From: a bacterium
GTDB lineage: Bacteria > Omnitrophota > Gorgyraeia > Zapsychrales > Zapsychraceae
Length of the DNA: 64,000 nt
Reading direction: 5' to 3'
Assembly: GCA_030429765.1 (NCBI GenBank)
Contig: JAUIER010000002.1
Coordinates: 194,239-258,238 of the forward strand
Position numbers and translations under genes: made by a program. The stretch's first letter is position 1. Each line of letters opens with the position of its first letter. Shown piece by piece: positions 24,549 through 34,783 of this stretch. The notes under the pieces are model-generated. The model was not told the origin of the DNA, did no database searches, and saw only the letters and a list, made by a program, of their open reading frames with translations.

Positions 24549-25121
24549 TCAGCGATATATCTGATGTTTCTCTATGTACTTGTAAACCTTTTCTGGAAGC
24601 ATGTAGCGAACTTCCTTGCCGGCCTTGATCCGTTGGCGGATCGTTGACGAGGCGATATCTATATCCGGCATTTCGACAACCCGGTAGTCAATTTTACTCT
24701 TGACCAGCGGACACCCTGGACGGTTTACACAAACAAATGTGACGAGTTTGGTTAAATCCTCTATCCGTTTCCAGTCTTTGAGACCAGGAATATTATCGCT
24801 GCCGATCAGAAAGTAAAATCGGTCAATCCCGGGATGTTTTTGCCTTAACTGCTCAACCGTGTCAATCGAATAGGACCGTCCCTCGCGTCTTACCTCGACC
24901 GCACTGGCCTTAAAATGAGGGTACAAAGCCACGGCCCGTTTGACCAATTCATAGCGGACAGCCCCCTCAATAATATTGTTCTTTCGTGCGTTGACCGGAA
25001 TATTCGACGGGATAAAAATCACACCGTCCAACCGCAACGCCTCATATGCCGCCTGCGCCAAAGCCAGATGGCCGTTATGAATCGGATTAAACGTTCCGCC
25101 GAAAATCCCTACTCGCTTCAT
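24549..25121 (-). CDS. nadD: nicotinate-nucleotide adenylyltransferase
   Basis: GIFGGTFNPIHNGH motif; 190 aa. Confidence 0.85.
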   Translation of the reverse strand: MKRVGIFGGTFNPIHNGHLALAQAAYEALRLDGVIFIPSNIPVNARKNNIIEGAVRYELVKRAVALYPHFKASAVEVRREGRSYSIDTVEQLRQKHPGIDRFYFLIGSDNIPGLKDWKRIEDLTKLVTFVCVNRPGCPLVKSKIDYRVVEMPDIDIASSTIRQRIKAGKEVRYMLPEKVYKYIEKHQIYR

Positions 25122-26383
25122 TACTTTGTCTGACCGCTTCCATGAATCTCGTACTTGTAGGTGGTCAATTCCTCCAATGCCATCGGTCCGCGCGCGTGTA
25201 GTTTATCGGTACTGATCCCCACTTCAGCGCCGAAGCCAAATTCATAGCCATCCGTGAAACGGGTGGACGCATTCACGTAAACACTGGATGAATCAACTGC
25301 TTTAAGAAATAAATCGGCTTCCTTTTTGTTCTTTGTAACAATGGCATCCGAATGACTGGAGCCGTAGGTATTGATATGATCAATCGCTTGCGCCGTGTCG
25401 TCCACAACCCTGACCGCGAGGATCAGATCCAAATATTCTTCCGGCCAATCGGACTCCTTGGCCGGCTTTGCCTTAGACTTCAAGATTTTGACGGTTGATT
25501 TATCTCCGCGAATCTCCACCCCGTGTTCAATCAGTTCGTCAGCGACCTTCGGTAAAAATTTTTCGGCAACCCCTCGATGCACCAGCATCGTTTCCATGGC
25601 ATTGCATACGCCGGGACGTTGCACCTTTGCGTTAACACAGATCTGCTGCGCCATCGTCAAATCCGCTTTATCGCTCACATACGTATGACACACCCCTTTA
25701 TAATGTTTAACGACGGGAATGTGTGAATGTTCCGCCACAAAACGGATCAAACCCTCGCCTCCACGCGGTACTATCAAATCCACATAGTCGCTCTGCTTCA
25801 GCAGAATATTGACCGATTCCCGGTCCGTTGAAGCAACCTGAACAATCGCTTCGACAGGAACGTCTGAATCTTTCAGGGCGTCTTTAATAACTTTGAATAT
25901 CGCCTTGTTGGAGTAGTAGGCTTCCTTGCCGCCCTTGAGGATAACGGCATTTCCAGACTTGAGACAAAGTCCGATACAGTCGCTGGTAACATTCGGCCGG
26001 GATTCGTAGATAATGCCGATCACCCCGATTGGTGTGCGAACTTTCTTAATCTTCAGACCATTCGGACGCTCAAACGTCTTGATGACCTCACCCACAGGGT
26101 CTTTGATCTTCATGGTATCTTTCAGGCATTGAACCATGCCGGCGATACGCTTGTCATTCAGGAGCAGGCGATCAACAAGCGCGGCTGAATAATTTTCTTT
26201 CTCCGCGGCCTTGATATCTTTGCGGTTCTCTTTGACCAGATAATCGACATTATCCTGAATGCCGCGGATCATTCGCTTGAGCGCGTCATTTTTCTGACGC
26301 GTCGACAGCAAGGCCATGGCCTGTGCGGCCCGTTTGGCCTGTTGAACCGATTTCACTATTTTCTGACTCAAATCCCGACTCAT
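25121..26383 (-). CDS. proA: gamma-glutamyl phosphate reductase
   Basis: 420 aa aldehyde dehydrogenase-like protein, adjacent to proB. Confidence 0.88.
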   Translation of the reverse strand: MSRDLSQKIVKSVQQAKRAAQAMALLSTRQKNDALKRMIRGIQDNVDYLVKENRKDIKAAEKENYSAALVDRLLLNDKRIAGMVQCLKDTMKIKDPVGEVIKTFERPNGLKIKKVRTPIGVIGIIYESRPNVTSDCIGLCLKSGNAVILKGGKEAYYSNKAIFKVIKDALKDSDVPVEAIVQVASTDRESVNILLKQSDYVDLIVPRGGEGLIRFVAEHSHIPVVKHYKGVCHTYVSDKADLTMAQQICVNAKVQRPGVCNAMETMLVHRGVAEKFLPKVADELIEHGVEIRGDKSTVKILKSKAKPAKESDWPEEYLDLILAVRVVDDTAQAIDHINTYGSSHSDAIVTKNKKEADLFLKAVDSSSVYVNASTRFTDGYEFGFGAEVGISTDKLHARGPMALEELTTYKYEIHGSGQTK

Positions 26384-26386
26384 GTC

Positions 26387-27475
26387 TTATCGCTCACTCA
26401 GAACTAAATTGTCTACGTGTATGACTTCGAGTTTTTCCTTGTTATCCGCGGCCTTTTGCAGCGCGGCATCCGAACAATTCACCAGACCACGGGCGATCTC
26501 TAGATCGTCCTGGTCCTTGATGATCACCACATCATCCTTCTTAAAATGACCATCCCACGCCGAAACACCGACGAGCAACAAACTATTTCCACCTTTAAGA
26601 AGCGCCGTCTTAGCCCCCTTATCGACAATGACCACACCTTTGGGTTTCGCTCCGAAGGATATCCAGTGTTTGCGCGCCAGCAACTTCTCTTCTTTTTCAA
26701 CAAACAGCGTCCCGATACGTTCCCCCTTCAAAATCCGGGTGAGCACATTTTCGGTCTCGCCGTTGGCAATGATACACGGTATCTTGGCATGGGAGGCAAT
26801 CTTGACGGCATCAAGCTTGGCTGTCATCCCGCCTTTAGACATCTGTTTATTGCTGGTACCTCCCGCGATCCCTTCAATCTCACGGGTAATCTCTTTGATC
26901 TCTTCAAACACTTTCTTTTGTCCGCTTTTAACTTCGTAAAGCCCCTCGACATCGGACAGGATGAGCAACAAATCCGCCTGGATCAAACTGGCCACCAGGG
27001 CCGACAATTTATCGTTGTCGCCGAATTTAATTTCGTCCGTAGATATTGTATCATTTTCGTTAACAATCGGGATGATTTTCCAATCGAACATCGCGCGGAA
27101 GGTTGAGCGCGCATTATTATATCGCAGCCGATTATCAAAGTCGTCCCAGGTCAGCAGAATCTGGGCACAGGTACTGTCGTTCTTTTTGAAGAATTCGTTG
27201 TAACGGTTCATCAGAACCGTTTGTCCCACAGCAGAGATGGCCTGAAGCGAGGCCAGATCGGCCGGCCGGAGTTTCTGGCTGAGCTCTCCCATCCCCAGAA
27301 CAATCGCACCGGAGCTCACCAGCACCACATCAATACCCTTTTTCTGGACCTTGCAGATTTCCTCGACGAGGGATCTTAATTGAGCTACCCGCGGCTTCAT
27401 TTTATAAGTCGCGATCACACTGGATCCGACCTTAATTACGATTCGCTTGATGGGTCTTGGGAATTTTCTGGGCAT
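26387..27475 (-). CDS. proB: glutamate 5-kinase
   Basis: KRIVIKVGSSVI N-terminus and a C-terminal PUA domain. It overlaps the obg 3' end by about 40 nt. Confidence 0.88.
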   Translation of the reverse strand: MPRKFPRPIKRIVIKVGSSVIATYKMKPRVAQLRSLVEEICKVQKKGIDVVLVSSGAIVLGMGELSQKLRPADLASLQAISAVGQTVLMNRYNEFFKKNDSTCAQILLTWDDFDNRLRYNNARSTFRAMFDWKIIPIVNENDTISTDEIKFGDNDKLSALVASLIQADLLLILSDVEGLYEVKSGQKKVFEEIKEITREIEGIAGGTSNKQMSKGGMTAKLDAVKIASHAKIPCIIANGETENVLTRILKGERIGTLFVEKEEKLLARKHWISFGAKPKGVVIVDKGAKTALLKGGNSLLLVGVSAWDGHFKKDDVVIIKDQDDLEIARGLVNCSDAALQKAADNKEKLEVIHVDNLVLSER

Positions 27476-28431
27476 AGGATTTCAATAACTCGATCGACAA
27501 GCTCGTTAAGCCCGCGCTGTTCCAGAGCGGAAACTTCAATAACCTTGATATCTTTGTACTTTTTTCGGAAACGGGCCAGATGCGCTTCGGCCCCGTCTAT
27601 ATCCATTTTGTTGACGACAACCAGCTTTTCTTTGGCCGTCAGCCGCCGTCCGTATTCTCGAATCTCATGCTCGATCTTTTCGTAATCCTCCAGCGGATCG
27701 CGGCCTTCGGTACCGGCCATATCGATCATATGAATCAGAATCTTGGTCCGCTCAGCATGCCTCAGAAACCGGTCACCCAGCCCCTTGCCTTTGTGAGCCC
27801 CCTCGATAATTCCGGGTAAATCGGCGACAATAAAATCAAATTCTTCAGTTTTGACAATGCCCAGGATTGGCTTTTTGGTGGTAAAGGGGTAATTGGCGAT
27901 CTTGGATTTGACCTTGGAAATGCTTGATATCAGCGTCGATTTGCCGGCATTTGGAAAACCGACAATTCCAACATCCGCAATTAACTTCAGCTCAAAGCCA
28001 AGCGTGCGCTCCCCGCCCTTGGTCGGTGGAACAGGAATTTTGCGCCGCATGTTGCCGATTCCGCCCAGACCGCCTTTGGCCACAATCACACTTTGCTGGT
28101 CCTGAGTCAGATCTTTAATGAGCAAATTCGTATCTAAGTCACGAACAATCGTTCCGATCGGCACCTTAAGGACACAATCCTTGCCCGATCTTCCCTTTTT
28201 GCCCTTGCTGCTGGCGTGCCCCCCGTTGGGAGCTTGATAATGCTGTTTGTATTTGAAGTCCAGAAGGGTTTGAATTCGTTTGTCGGCCTGTAGAACGATG
28301 TTGCCGCCATTTCCGCCATCGCCGCCATCCGGCCGCGGATGACGCATCCGCTTGTCGCGATAATAGCTTTCACATCCATTCCCTCCGTTACCGGCCTTGA
28401 CAAATATTCTGGCCTCGTCGACGAATATCAT
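27436..28431 (-). CDS. obg: GTPase Obg/CgtA
   Basis: MIFVDEARIFVKAGNGGNG... Obg fold, followed by GFPNAGKST. Confidence 0.9.
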   Translation of the reverse strand: MIFVDEARIFVKAGNGGNGCESYYRDKRMRHPRPDGGDGGNGGNIVLQADKRIQTLLDFKYKQHYQAPNGGHASSKGKKGRSGKDCVLKVPIGTIVRDLDTNLLIKDLTQDQQSVIVAKGGLGGIGNMRRKIPVPPTKGGERTLGFELKLIADVGIVGFPNAGKSTLISSISKVKSKIANYPFTTKKPILGIVKTEEFDFIVADLPGIIEGAHKGKGLGDRFLRHAERTKILIHMIDMAGTEGRDPLEDYEKIEHEIREYGRRLTAKEKLVVVNKMDIDGAEAHLARFRKKYKDIKVIEVSALEQRGLNELVDRVIEILCPENSQDPSSES

Positions 28432-28441
28432 GAATCAACGA

Positions 28442-28753
28442 TTACGCAGCAATCTTTTGGATGCTGAGTGAAGTCAATTTTTGGCGATGTCCGATTTTGG
28501 ATGAAGAATCTTTACGGCGTCGGTATTTGAACGCGGTGACTTTGTTGTCCTGACCGTGCTTGACCACCGTGGCCTTAACTTTGACATCTTTGAGGAACGG
28601 CTGCCCCACCCGCACATCGGATCCCTTCGCAAAAACCAAAACCTTATCTAGAGTAATATCTTTTCCTTCGTCCTCGTGAATTCGATTCGTGTCGATCACA
28701 TCGCCTTCCGAAATTTTGTACTGAAATGATCCAATTTGAACAACCGCAAACAT
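28442..28753 (-). CDS. rplU: 50S ribosomal protein L21
   Basis: Internal start MFAVVQIGSFQYK...GHRQ; the track ORF is 14 codons too long. No rpmA lies between this gene and obg. Confidence 0.85.
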   Translation of the reverse strand: MFAVVQIGSFQYKISEGDVIDTNRIHEDEGKDITLDKVLVFAKGSDVRVGQPFLKDVKVKATVVKHGQDNKVTAFKYRRRKDSSSKIGHRQKLTSLSIQKIAA

Positions 28754-28882
28754 GTCAAGCCTCCTAAGATACAGATATGATTGAAAAACAGGCATTGATT
28801 CAATAGAATCGCCCGTATTAGTCCTAATATGAAGACTATAATTTAATGGAAATTAGGTGAATTTGCAACAAAAATCTTATGG

Positions 28883-30223
28883 CTAGGTGGCAAATTTGAC
28901 CCGACCTCGACCGTCGCAATAGGGACATTTCTTGAAAGAAATCGATTCGATGGTCTTACCTGTCCGGGCTCGGGTCATCTCAACCAGCCCCAACGGCGAG
29001 ATCTTGTAGACCTCGGTCTTGGCATGATCGCGGGCCAACGCCTTCTGTAAAGCATCCAGCACCTTACGTTTATGTTCTTCACGCGTCATGTCGATAAAAT
29101 CGATCACGATGATACCCCCTAAATCCCTCAGCCGCAACTGGCGAGCAATCTCGGGTACCACCTCCATGTTGACCATAAAGGCCGCCTCACCGGGTGAGGC
29201 CTTGGTCTTGAATTTGCCGCTGTTCACATCGACAACGATCAAGCCCTCGGTGGGTTCAATGACAACGTAGGCGCCGGATTTTACATAGACATTGGTGTCA
29301 TAGATCTTGTTGAGCTCTTTCGAGACATTCTTGGCATCAAACAACGGCGTTTTGCCTTCGTACAGCTCGATCTTATTGACCATCGTCCGGCCGATTAAGG
29401 TCTGAACAAACTTACGAATCCGTTGGTATTGATCTTCATTGTCGATGATGAGTTTATCAACTTTATCTGTGAGATAATCCCGTACAATCTTCCAGGTCAA
29501 CTCTCCCTCTTCGTAAATCAAAGCAGGAGCTTTAACCTCTTCCGACTTTTTGAAGATCTTCTGCCAGATACTGTAAAGAAACTTGGCGTCGCGGTTGAGT
29601 TCGCGTTTGCCCTGCTTCTTGGAGGCTGTTCGAATGATGAATCCACCGGTCTTGGCAAAGCCGAATCCTTTGATGACTTCGCGCAGCCGTTGGCGCTCTT
29701 CCGAACTGTCAATTTTTTTGGAAACTCCCGTTTGGTAATCAAACGGCATGTAGACGACAAATCGTCCCGGAAGGGTAATGTGCGTGGTTAGACGAGCCCC
29801 CTTCTCACCAAACGGGTCTTTCACAACCTGCACCAAAATTTCCTGACCGACTTTCAGCGGCAAGGTCTTTGATTTGTGATTGTAACGCTGCCCGGCTTTG
29901 GCAGATTTCTTTGAAGGCTCTTTTTCTTTTTTGGAACGGCCCAGAATCTTATCAATAAGACTCCGGGGCTCCAGTTCCTGTTCTACATCTATACGAGGGC
30001 TGACGACGTCGGTCAGATACAAAAATCCGTTGCGTTCTTTACCAATGTTGACAAATGCTGCATTAATAGAAGGAAGGATCGATTCAACCTTCCCCTTGTA
30101 GATGTTTCCCAGCAGAGATTGATACCGATCGACCTCAATGTGAAAATCATCTACATGTCCATTTTCTATAATCGCAACAAGTCGCTCGCCCCTTTGGGTT
30201 TGAATAAGTATTTCTCGCGACAA
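28883..30223 (-). CDS. rng: ribonuclease G/E family endoribonuclease
   Basis: S1 domain (GNIYKGKVESILPSINAAFVNIG), a catalytic core, and a C-terminal CPYCDGRG zinc link. The start is TTG. Confidence 0.8.
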   Translation of the reverse strand: MSREILIQTQRGERLVAIIENGHVDDFHIEVDRYQSLLGNIYKGKVESILPSINAAFVNIGKERNGFLYLTDVVSPRIDVEQELEPRSLIDKILGRSKKEKEPSKKSAKAGQRYNHKSKTLPLKVGQEILVQVVKDPFGEKGARLTTHITLPGRFVVYMPFDYQTGVSKKIDSSEERQRLREVIKGFGFAKTGGFIIRTASKKQGKRELNRDAKFLYSIWQKIFKKSEEVKAPALIYEEGELTWKIVRDYLTDKVDKLIIDNEDQYQRIRKFVQTLIGRTMVNKIELYEGKTPLFDAKNVSKELNKIYDTNVYVKSGAYVVIEPTEGLIVVDVNSGKFKTKASPGEAAFMVNMEVVPEIARQLRLRDLGGIIVIDFIDMTREEHKRKVLDALQKALARDHAKTEVYKISPLGLVEMTRARTGKTIESISFKKCPYCDGRGRVKFAT

Positions 30224-30339
30224 GGCTTAACCTAAAAATCCTTTCTTCATGAATTGTCAATGATCCAGAGAACTCCGTTCAACAAACACTTTCTCCGGCT
30301 TGTCCATGATATAAACTTTTTGTGCCGCAAAGTGAAATA

Positions 30340-31701
30340 CTATCGTCCTGAAGCTAATTCAGGGGTCACGATATGCGGCGTGATAAATATTACCAAATCT
30401 GTCTTTGTTACAGAAGACTCGGTCTTCGTGAAGGCCAGACCCAAGATCGGCACATCACCAAGAATTGGTGTTTTCTTCTTTGTTTCTGTAACCTGGTCCG
30501 TGATGAGACCGGCGATAACCAATGTGTCACCGTCCTTGACCATAACGCGTGTTGTGGTCGACTCATTGCTCAGACGCGGCAATGTGGTATTTTCGACGGT
30601 TACAAAATCCAGAATGGCTGTAATTTTCGGCTGGACGTCCAATGTCACGTAGCCGGCATTGTTGACATGCGGCGTCACATTGAAGATGATCCCGATATCC
30701 TTGTATTCCCAACCGGATACCTGCAAACGGGCTTGTTCCTCGTTATACGTGTATGTCGGGATCGGATACTGGCTTCCGACCGTAATTTCAGCTGGTTGGT
30801 TATCCAGCGTCACAATTCTCGGATTCTGTAATATATCAGTATCGCTACGAGATTTCAAGAGTTCAAATGCTGCCTGAACCTGAGAGAAATTGAGCGTTCC
30901 ATAACTGAATTCCGTATTCGCGTTTCCGGCTGTGGTATCCGGCCCAGGGAATGGATCGGTGGCAAAGCGATTATCTGACCCATTACTGTCAAATGGCCAT
31001 GTAATCGGCCGTTGAGAACCGGCTGCGGTGGCCTGAGTGATCCAGTCAATCCCCAGATTTTCAGCATCCGTGAAGTTCGTTTCCACGATTTTGGCCTCAA
31101 TCAGGACCTGAGGTGTTGTTCGGTCCAATTTCTCGATCACATCACCCATAAGTGCAATCTGTTGAGGAGTATCGCTTACAATAATAGTATTAGTGCGTTC
31201 GTCAAAATTGATACTTCCTCGATCAGATTTCATTTTGTCGATGGATTCGATGATTTCTGAGGCACGGCCGAAATTCAGTACAAATGTTTCGGTTTCAAGT
31301 GGAATCTGCTCGGCCAGCAGCAAGGCGTCTTCGCGGCGTTGTTTGAGATTTTCAACCGTCGTAACCACGACGATGTTGCCTTTTTGCTCATATGCATATC
31401 CGTACGTCTGCACGATAACGTCCAAGGCTTCTTGCCATGGAACATCATTCAATTGAATCGAGACAACCCCCTGCACCTCAGGGCTGGCGACAATGTTGAC
31501 CCCGCTCTTGAATGACAGGATCTTGAAAACATTGCGAATGTCCGCATCACGAAAGTCAAAACTGACATTGCCACTTTCAGACATCGAGACGGCATCCGAC
31601 GGGATGTTCTGTGCGGCCGGCGCGGTTCCGCCCGACTGAGCATATCCGTAGGTGCTCACGCACATTACTGCGGCTGCGGTTAACAACACTTTTTTAAACA
31701 T
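30340..31701 (-). CDS. pilQ: type IV pilus secretin PilQ (short form, no AMIN domains)
   Basis: Signal peptide, then a secretin N domain, then a C-terminal secretin core (PILGDVPILG...LVIFITPHIV); 453 aa. Confidence 0.8.
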   Translation of the reverse strand: MFKKVLLTAAAVMCVSTYGYAQSGGTAPAAQNIPSDAVSMSESGNVSFDFRDADIRNVFKILSFKSGVNIVASPEVQGVVSIQLNDVPWQEALDVIVQTYGYAYEQKGNIVVVTTVENLKQRREDALLLAEQIPLETETFVLNFGRASEIIESIDKMKSDRGSINFDERTNTIIVSDTPQQIALMGDVIEKLDRTTPQVLIEAKIVETNFTDAENLGIDWITQATAAGSQRPITWPFDSNGSDNRFATDPFPGPDTTAGNANTEFSYGTLNFSQVQAAFELLKSRSDTDILQNPRIVTLDNQPAEITVGSQYPIPTYTYNEEQARLQVSGWEYKDIGIIFNVTPHVNNAGYVTLDVQPKITAILDFVTVENTTLPRLSNESTTTRVMVKDGDTLVIAGLITDQVTETKKKTPILGDVPILGLAFTKTESSVTKTDLVIFITPHIVTPELASGR

Positions 31702-31703
31702 TT

Positions 31704-32096
31704 TTACTCCTCCTTTTTGAGCTTGAGCTTGAACACCTGCTGTCCTTTTTCAAGGACCACCCAGTCATCGGTGATCTCTTTGACAAGATACTGACCGATT
31801 TTGTCCGACGCCCTGACGATTTTTCCGTTAATCATGGCAATATTTCCCGCCGACCCTGACATAATTCCCTGCAGAGACAGATCAGTCAGCAACAAATCGT
31901 TTTCATAGTTGTTGATTGAACCTTCTGGCCCCACAAGTTCCCAGAATGGATCACGCTTGCCATTGTCATTGTATGTAAACCCCTCGTTTTCCTCCGCAGC
32001 TGCATTAAGTCCTATCCCCAATAAACCCAGGGCCAGCATCAATGACACGCTTTCCCGACGTGAAAATCTGATTTTCAGCTTCTTAAAGTTCTTCAT
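31704..32096 (-). CDS. pilP: pilus assembly lipoprotein PilP-like
   Basis: 130 aa with a signal/lipobox region; its size and its position between pilO and pilQ fit PilP. Confidence 0.6.
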   Translation of the reverse strand: MKNFKKLKIRFSRRESVSLMLALGLLGIGLNAAAEENEGFTYNDNGKRDPFWELVGPEGSINNYENDLLLTDLSLQGIMSGSAGNIAMINGKIVRASDKIGQYLVKEITDDWVVLEKGQQVFKLKLKKEE

Positions 32097-32673
32097 AGAC
32101 TATCGACTCCAACGTAAGTTTGATCACATGCTCCCGCTTATCTCCCGACGACGCCACCATCATCGTCTTCACTTTTAGGAATATTCCGCCTTTCTCCACC
32201 GCATCGATAAATTTACCAAAGTTGTGGTAACCCGCCCGCGCTTCTATTTCTATCGGCATGGAATAATAGACTCGATCTTCATTCTCCAGAATAATTTCCG
32301 AATCGATGTTATTCGGCATAATTTGATTGATCTTAACGTCATGTTTTAAAGCGATTTGCGACAAATGCTCAAGAATCAATGGCACCTCTTCCCGCAACTC
32401 CATCTTGCCATTCTCATCCGCGATTTTGGCCTCCAGACCAGCCATCTGCTTCTTGTACTGAGGTAAACGCTGGATGTCAGTCTTTGCTCTGGAAATATCA
32501 TCGCTTAACTTTTTAATCTCAGGATTTATCTTCGTCAGTGTAGCCAACTGCGGACGCATCAACACAAAGTAGTCCAGCAAAAAGACGACCAGCAAAATCC
32601 CGCCGAGAATATAGTAGATCGTTTTATCATCGAGTTTTTCGACCGTTGATGATATCTTTTCTTTCACGTCCAT
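32083..32673 (-). CDS. pilO: pilus assembly protein PilO
   Basis: 196 aa with an N-terminal TM segment and a coiled coil; 14-nt overlap with pilP. Confidence 0.7.
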   Translation of the reverse strand: MDVKEKISSTVEKLDDKTIYYILGGILLVVFLLDYFVLMRPQLATLTKINPEIKKLSDDISRAKTDIQRLPQYKKQMAGLEAKIADENGKMELREEVPLILEHLSQIALKHDVKINQIMPNNIDSEIILENEDRVYYSMPIEIEARAGYHNFGKFIDAVEKGGIFLKVKTMMVASSGDKREHVIKLTLESIVYEEL

Positions 32674-32675
32674 AA

Positions 32676-33296
32676 CTATTCGCCCGCCTTTTGATCTTCG
32701 TCTTCTTCGTTAGCCTTGGCAATTTTTGTCGTGATGAGAAAGTCAGCGATATCAATCTTACCCTGTGATCGTCGCTGAATAGAGCCCAACTCAAGTTCTG
32801 ACAATCCCACAAAAAACAACGGATGCTTCTTGAGCTTCGCCGTAAAATTGTGCACGCTGATCATTTCGTTCTGCTGACGGGAAATCGCGCTTCCCTCAAT
32901 AAAGAACATCTCATCATTCAACGCAATCTTAGATAACCACACCCCGCGAGGCATATTGTCACTGATGGCGTTTAATTTTTGCGCCCAGAGGATCACTTCT
33001 CCTCCAGAAATGGCGGCAATATCTTTATATTTATTCTGCAGTAGACGCATTTCCTTGACGACCTCATCCGCCTGCTGCTTCTGCGGCTCGATCTGGGCCC
33101 ACTCCGCTTTGAGCTGCTTGTGTTGCTTGAGTTTGGTCACATTGACCATCAATAGCCCAACGTGAGCCAAAATAAGTAGAAACAACAATCCTCCGGCCGA
33201 ACCGATCACCACCTCCAGAGGTATTTTCATTCCTCCCAACAATTGCTTCTTCTTTTTCTTTTTCAGATTTGGCGGTAATAAATTAATCGTTATCAT
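32676..33296 (-). CDS. pilN: pilus assembly protein PilN
   Basis: The N-terminal MITINLLP motif is the PilN hallmark; a TM segment follows. Confidence 0.75.
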   Translation of the reverse strand: MITINLLPPNLKKKKKKQLLGGMKIPLEVVIGSAGGLLFLLILAHVGLLMVNVTKLKQHKQLKAEWAQIEPQKQQADEVVKEMRLLQNKYKDIAAISGGEVILWAQKLNAISDNMPRGVWLSKIALNDEMFFIEGSAISRQQNEMISVHNFTAKLKKHPLFFVGLSELELGSIQRRSQGKIDIADFLITTKIAKANEEDEDQKAGE

Positions 33297-34338
33297 ATTG
33301 ATACAGTGCTAATCCCAAGGCCACACCAAGCCTGTTAGAGTTTTTCTCCAAATCTTGTATGGTAACTTGATCCGAAACTGTCAGATAGGCAAATGGATTC
33401 CATGACGACGCCTTTACCCCAAGCGTTTGTTCGAAACTATCGAGTAGATCCGTCAATTGAGATGCTCCGCCGGTAAAAATCAGTTCACTGACATCCATAT
33501 TATTTTCCGTCGAGAAATAGTCAAAAGACAGCCGAACTTCCTGAATCAAATTCTGGATCGCCGAATCGTTAATGGCGGCAATCTCATCCTTTCGCTCACC
33601 CGGACTGCATTTAAGCCGCTCGGCTTCGGCAAAATCCACAGCCAAGGCATTTGCAATCCGTTTGGTTAAATCCCGTCCGCCGATGTAGATGTCTCGGTTA
33701 AATTTAGGCATATTACCGACCATGATCGTCAAGCTGCTGACCGTCTCGCCCATATCGATCAATCCCACGGCTTCCGGCTGAGATTCAGTCGGAACCACCA
33801 CACTTCTGGCATTTGCCAAGGCTACCGGATTTATACCGATCAAATCGGCCTCGATCCCCAAATCACTCATCATTTTCAACCTAGCGTCGACAAGCTCTTT
33901 CTTAGCCGCCGCGGCCATCACCTTCATCTGTTTGGATTTACCTGACGGGTCCAGAATGTAACAATCGGTATAGATCTGGTCTTGAGTGAACGGAAAATAC
34001 TTATCCGCCTCAATCGCAAACGAATTACGTAAATCTTCTAAGGACATACGAGGCATATCGATATACCGGATCAATGTCCCCTTACCATAAATGGATGTGA
34101 AAATATTTTCGACCGGATTCCTGAGCTTGTTCAAGGAAGCCTTTACTGCCGCTGCAGGATCATCCCCGCCGACGGGAATGATCGACCAATCCAATACCTG
34201 ATAGCCATCTCCCTTGGCGATTAATTCCACCAGCTTGCAGGAATTGGTCCCGATGTCTAGCCCGACAGCAGATCCCTCTTTCTTGGTGGGAATAAATTTC
34301 CGAATCAGCCCAAAATATCCATCTAACAGTCTGCTCAT
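33283..34338 (-). CDS. pilM: pilus assembly ATPase-like protein PilM
   Basis: Actin-like fold (GLDIGTNSCKLVEL). I prefer the ATG at 34338, which has a GAGGA Shine-Dalgarno site, over the TTG at 34350. Confidence 0.8.
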   Translation of the reverse strand: MSRLLDGYFGLIRKFIPTKKEGSAVGLDIGTNSCKLVELIAKGDGYQVLDWSIIPVGGDDPAAAVKASLNKLRNPVENIFTSIYGKGTLIRYIDMPRMSLEDLRNSFAIEADKYFPFTQDQIYTDCYILDPSGKSKQMKVMAAAAKKELVDARLKMMSDLGIEADLIGINPVALANARSVVVPTESQPEAVGLIDMGETVSSLTIMVGNMPKFNRDIYIGGRDLTKRIANALAVDFAEAERLKCSPGERKDEIAAINDSAIQNLIQEVRLSFDYFSTENNMDVSELIFTGGASQLTDLLDSFEQTLGVKASSWNPFAYLTVSDQVTIQDLEKNSNRLGVALGLALYQYDND

Positions 34339-34465
34339 ATTTCCTCGCAACTTGGCGTCAAATAATTAACAATCTCGCTACAACGAAATTGTAAATATTT
34401 GACAAGGTACAGCTGAGTAAGTGTAGCTATTTCAATCAATTATAAAATTACAAATCAACTATATA

Positions 34466-34783
34466 CTATTGCACTAGATTGACATCATCAAGAGGAATCT
34501 CATATATTATTTTCTGCCTCTTTTTGCGCTTCGTTTTGGATTGGGTCGGCTGTGATACATCAGAAGTTTCCAGATTCTCAGACACCTCTAGATCTGCGAA
34601 ATCCGTAGATCGGGCTACCTGCTTCTGCGCCGTGATGGTTGAGATTGGGCTGGCTGGTGTCGTGATCGCCTGAGTTTGTTCCATTTCGCTGGCCACCCAG
34701 CCGTTGGCTAGGATAATTCCCGCAAAGATCATCACAACAAGTACAACCAGTGTGTTGAGCGTTTTGTTGGCTTTGGCGGACAT
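34466..34783 (-). CDS. hypothetical single-pass membrane protein in the pilin operon
   Basis: 105 aa with one N-terminal TM segment. Its ATG overlaps the stop of the upstream PilX_N gene (TAATG). Confidence 0.4.
   Translation of the reverse strand: MSAKANKTLNTLVVLVVMIFAGIILANGWVASEMEQTQAITTPASPISTITAQKQVARSTDFADLEVSENLETSDVSQPTQSKTKRKKRQKIIYEIPLDDVNLVQ

Noticed and set aside
28134-28403. 89-aa ORF nested in obg
   Set aside because: It is an alternative frame of the conserved Obg N-domain and is not independent.
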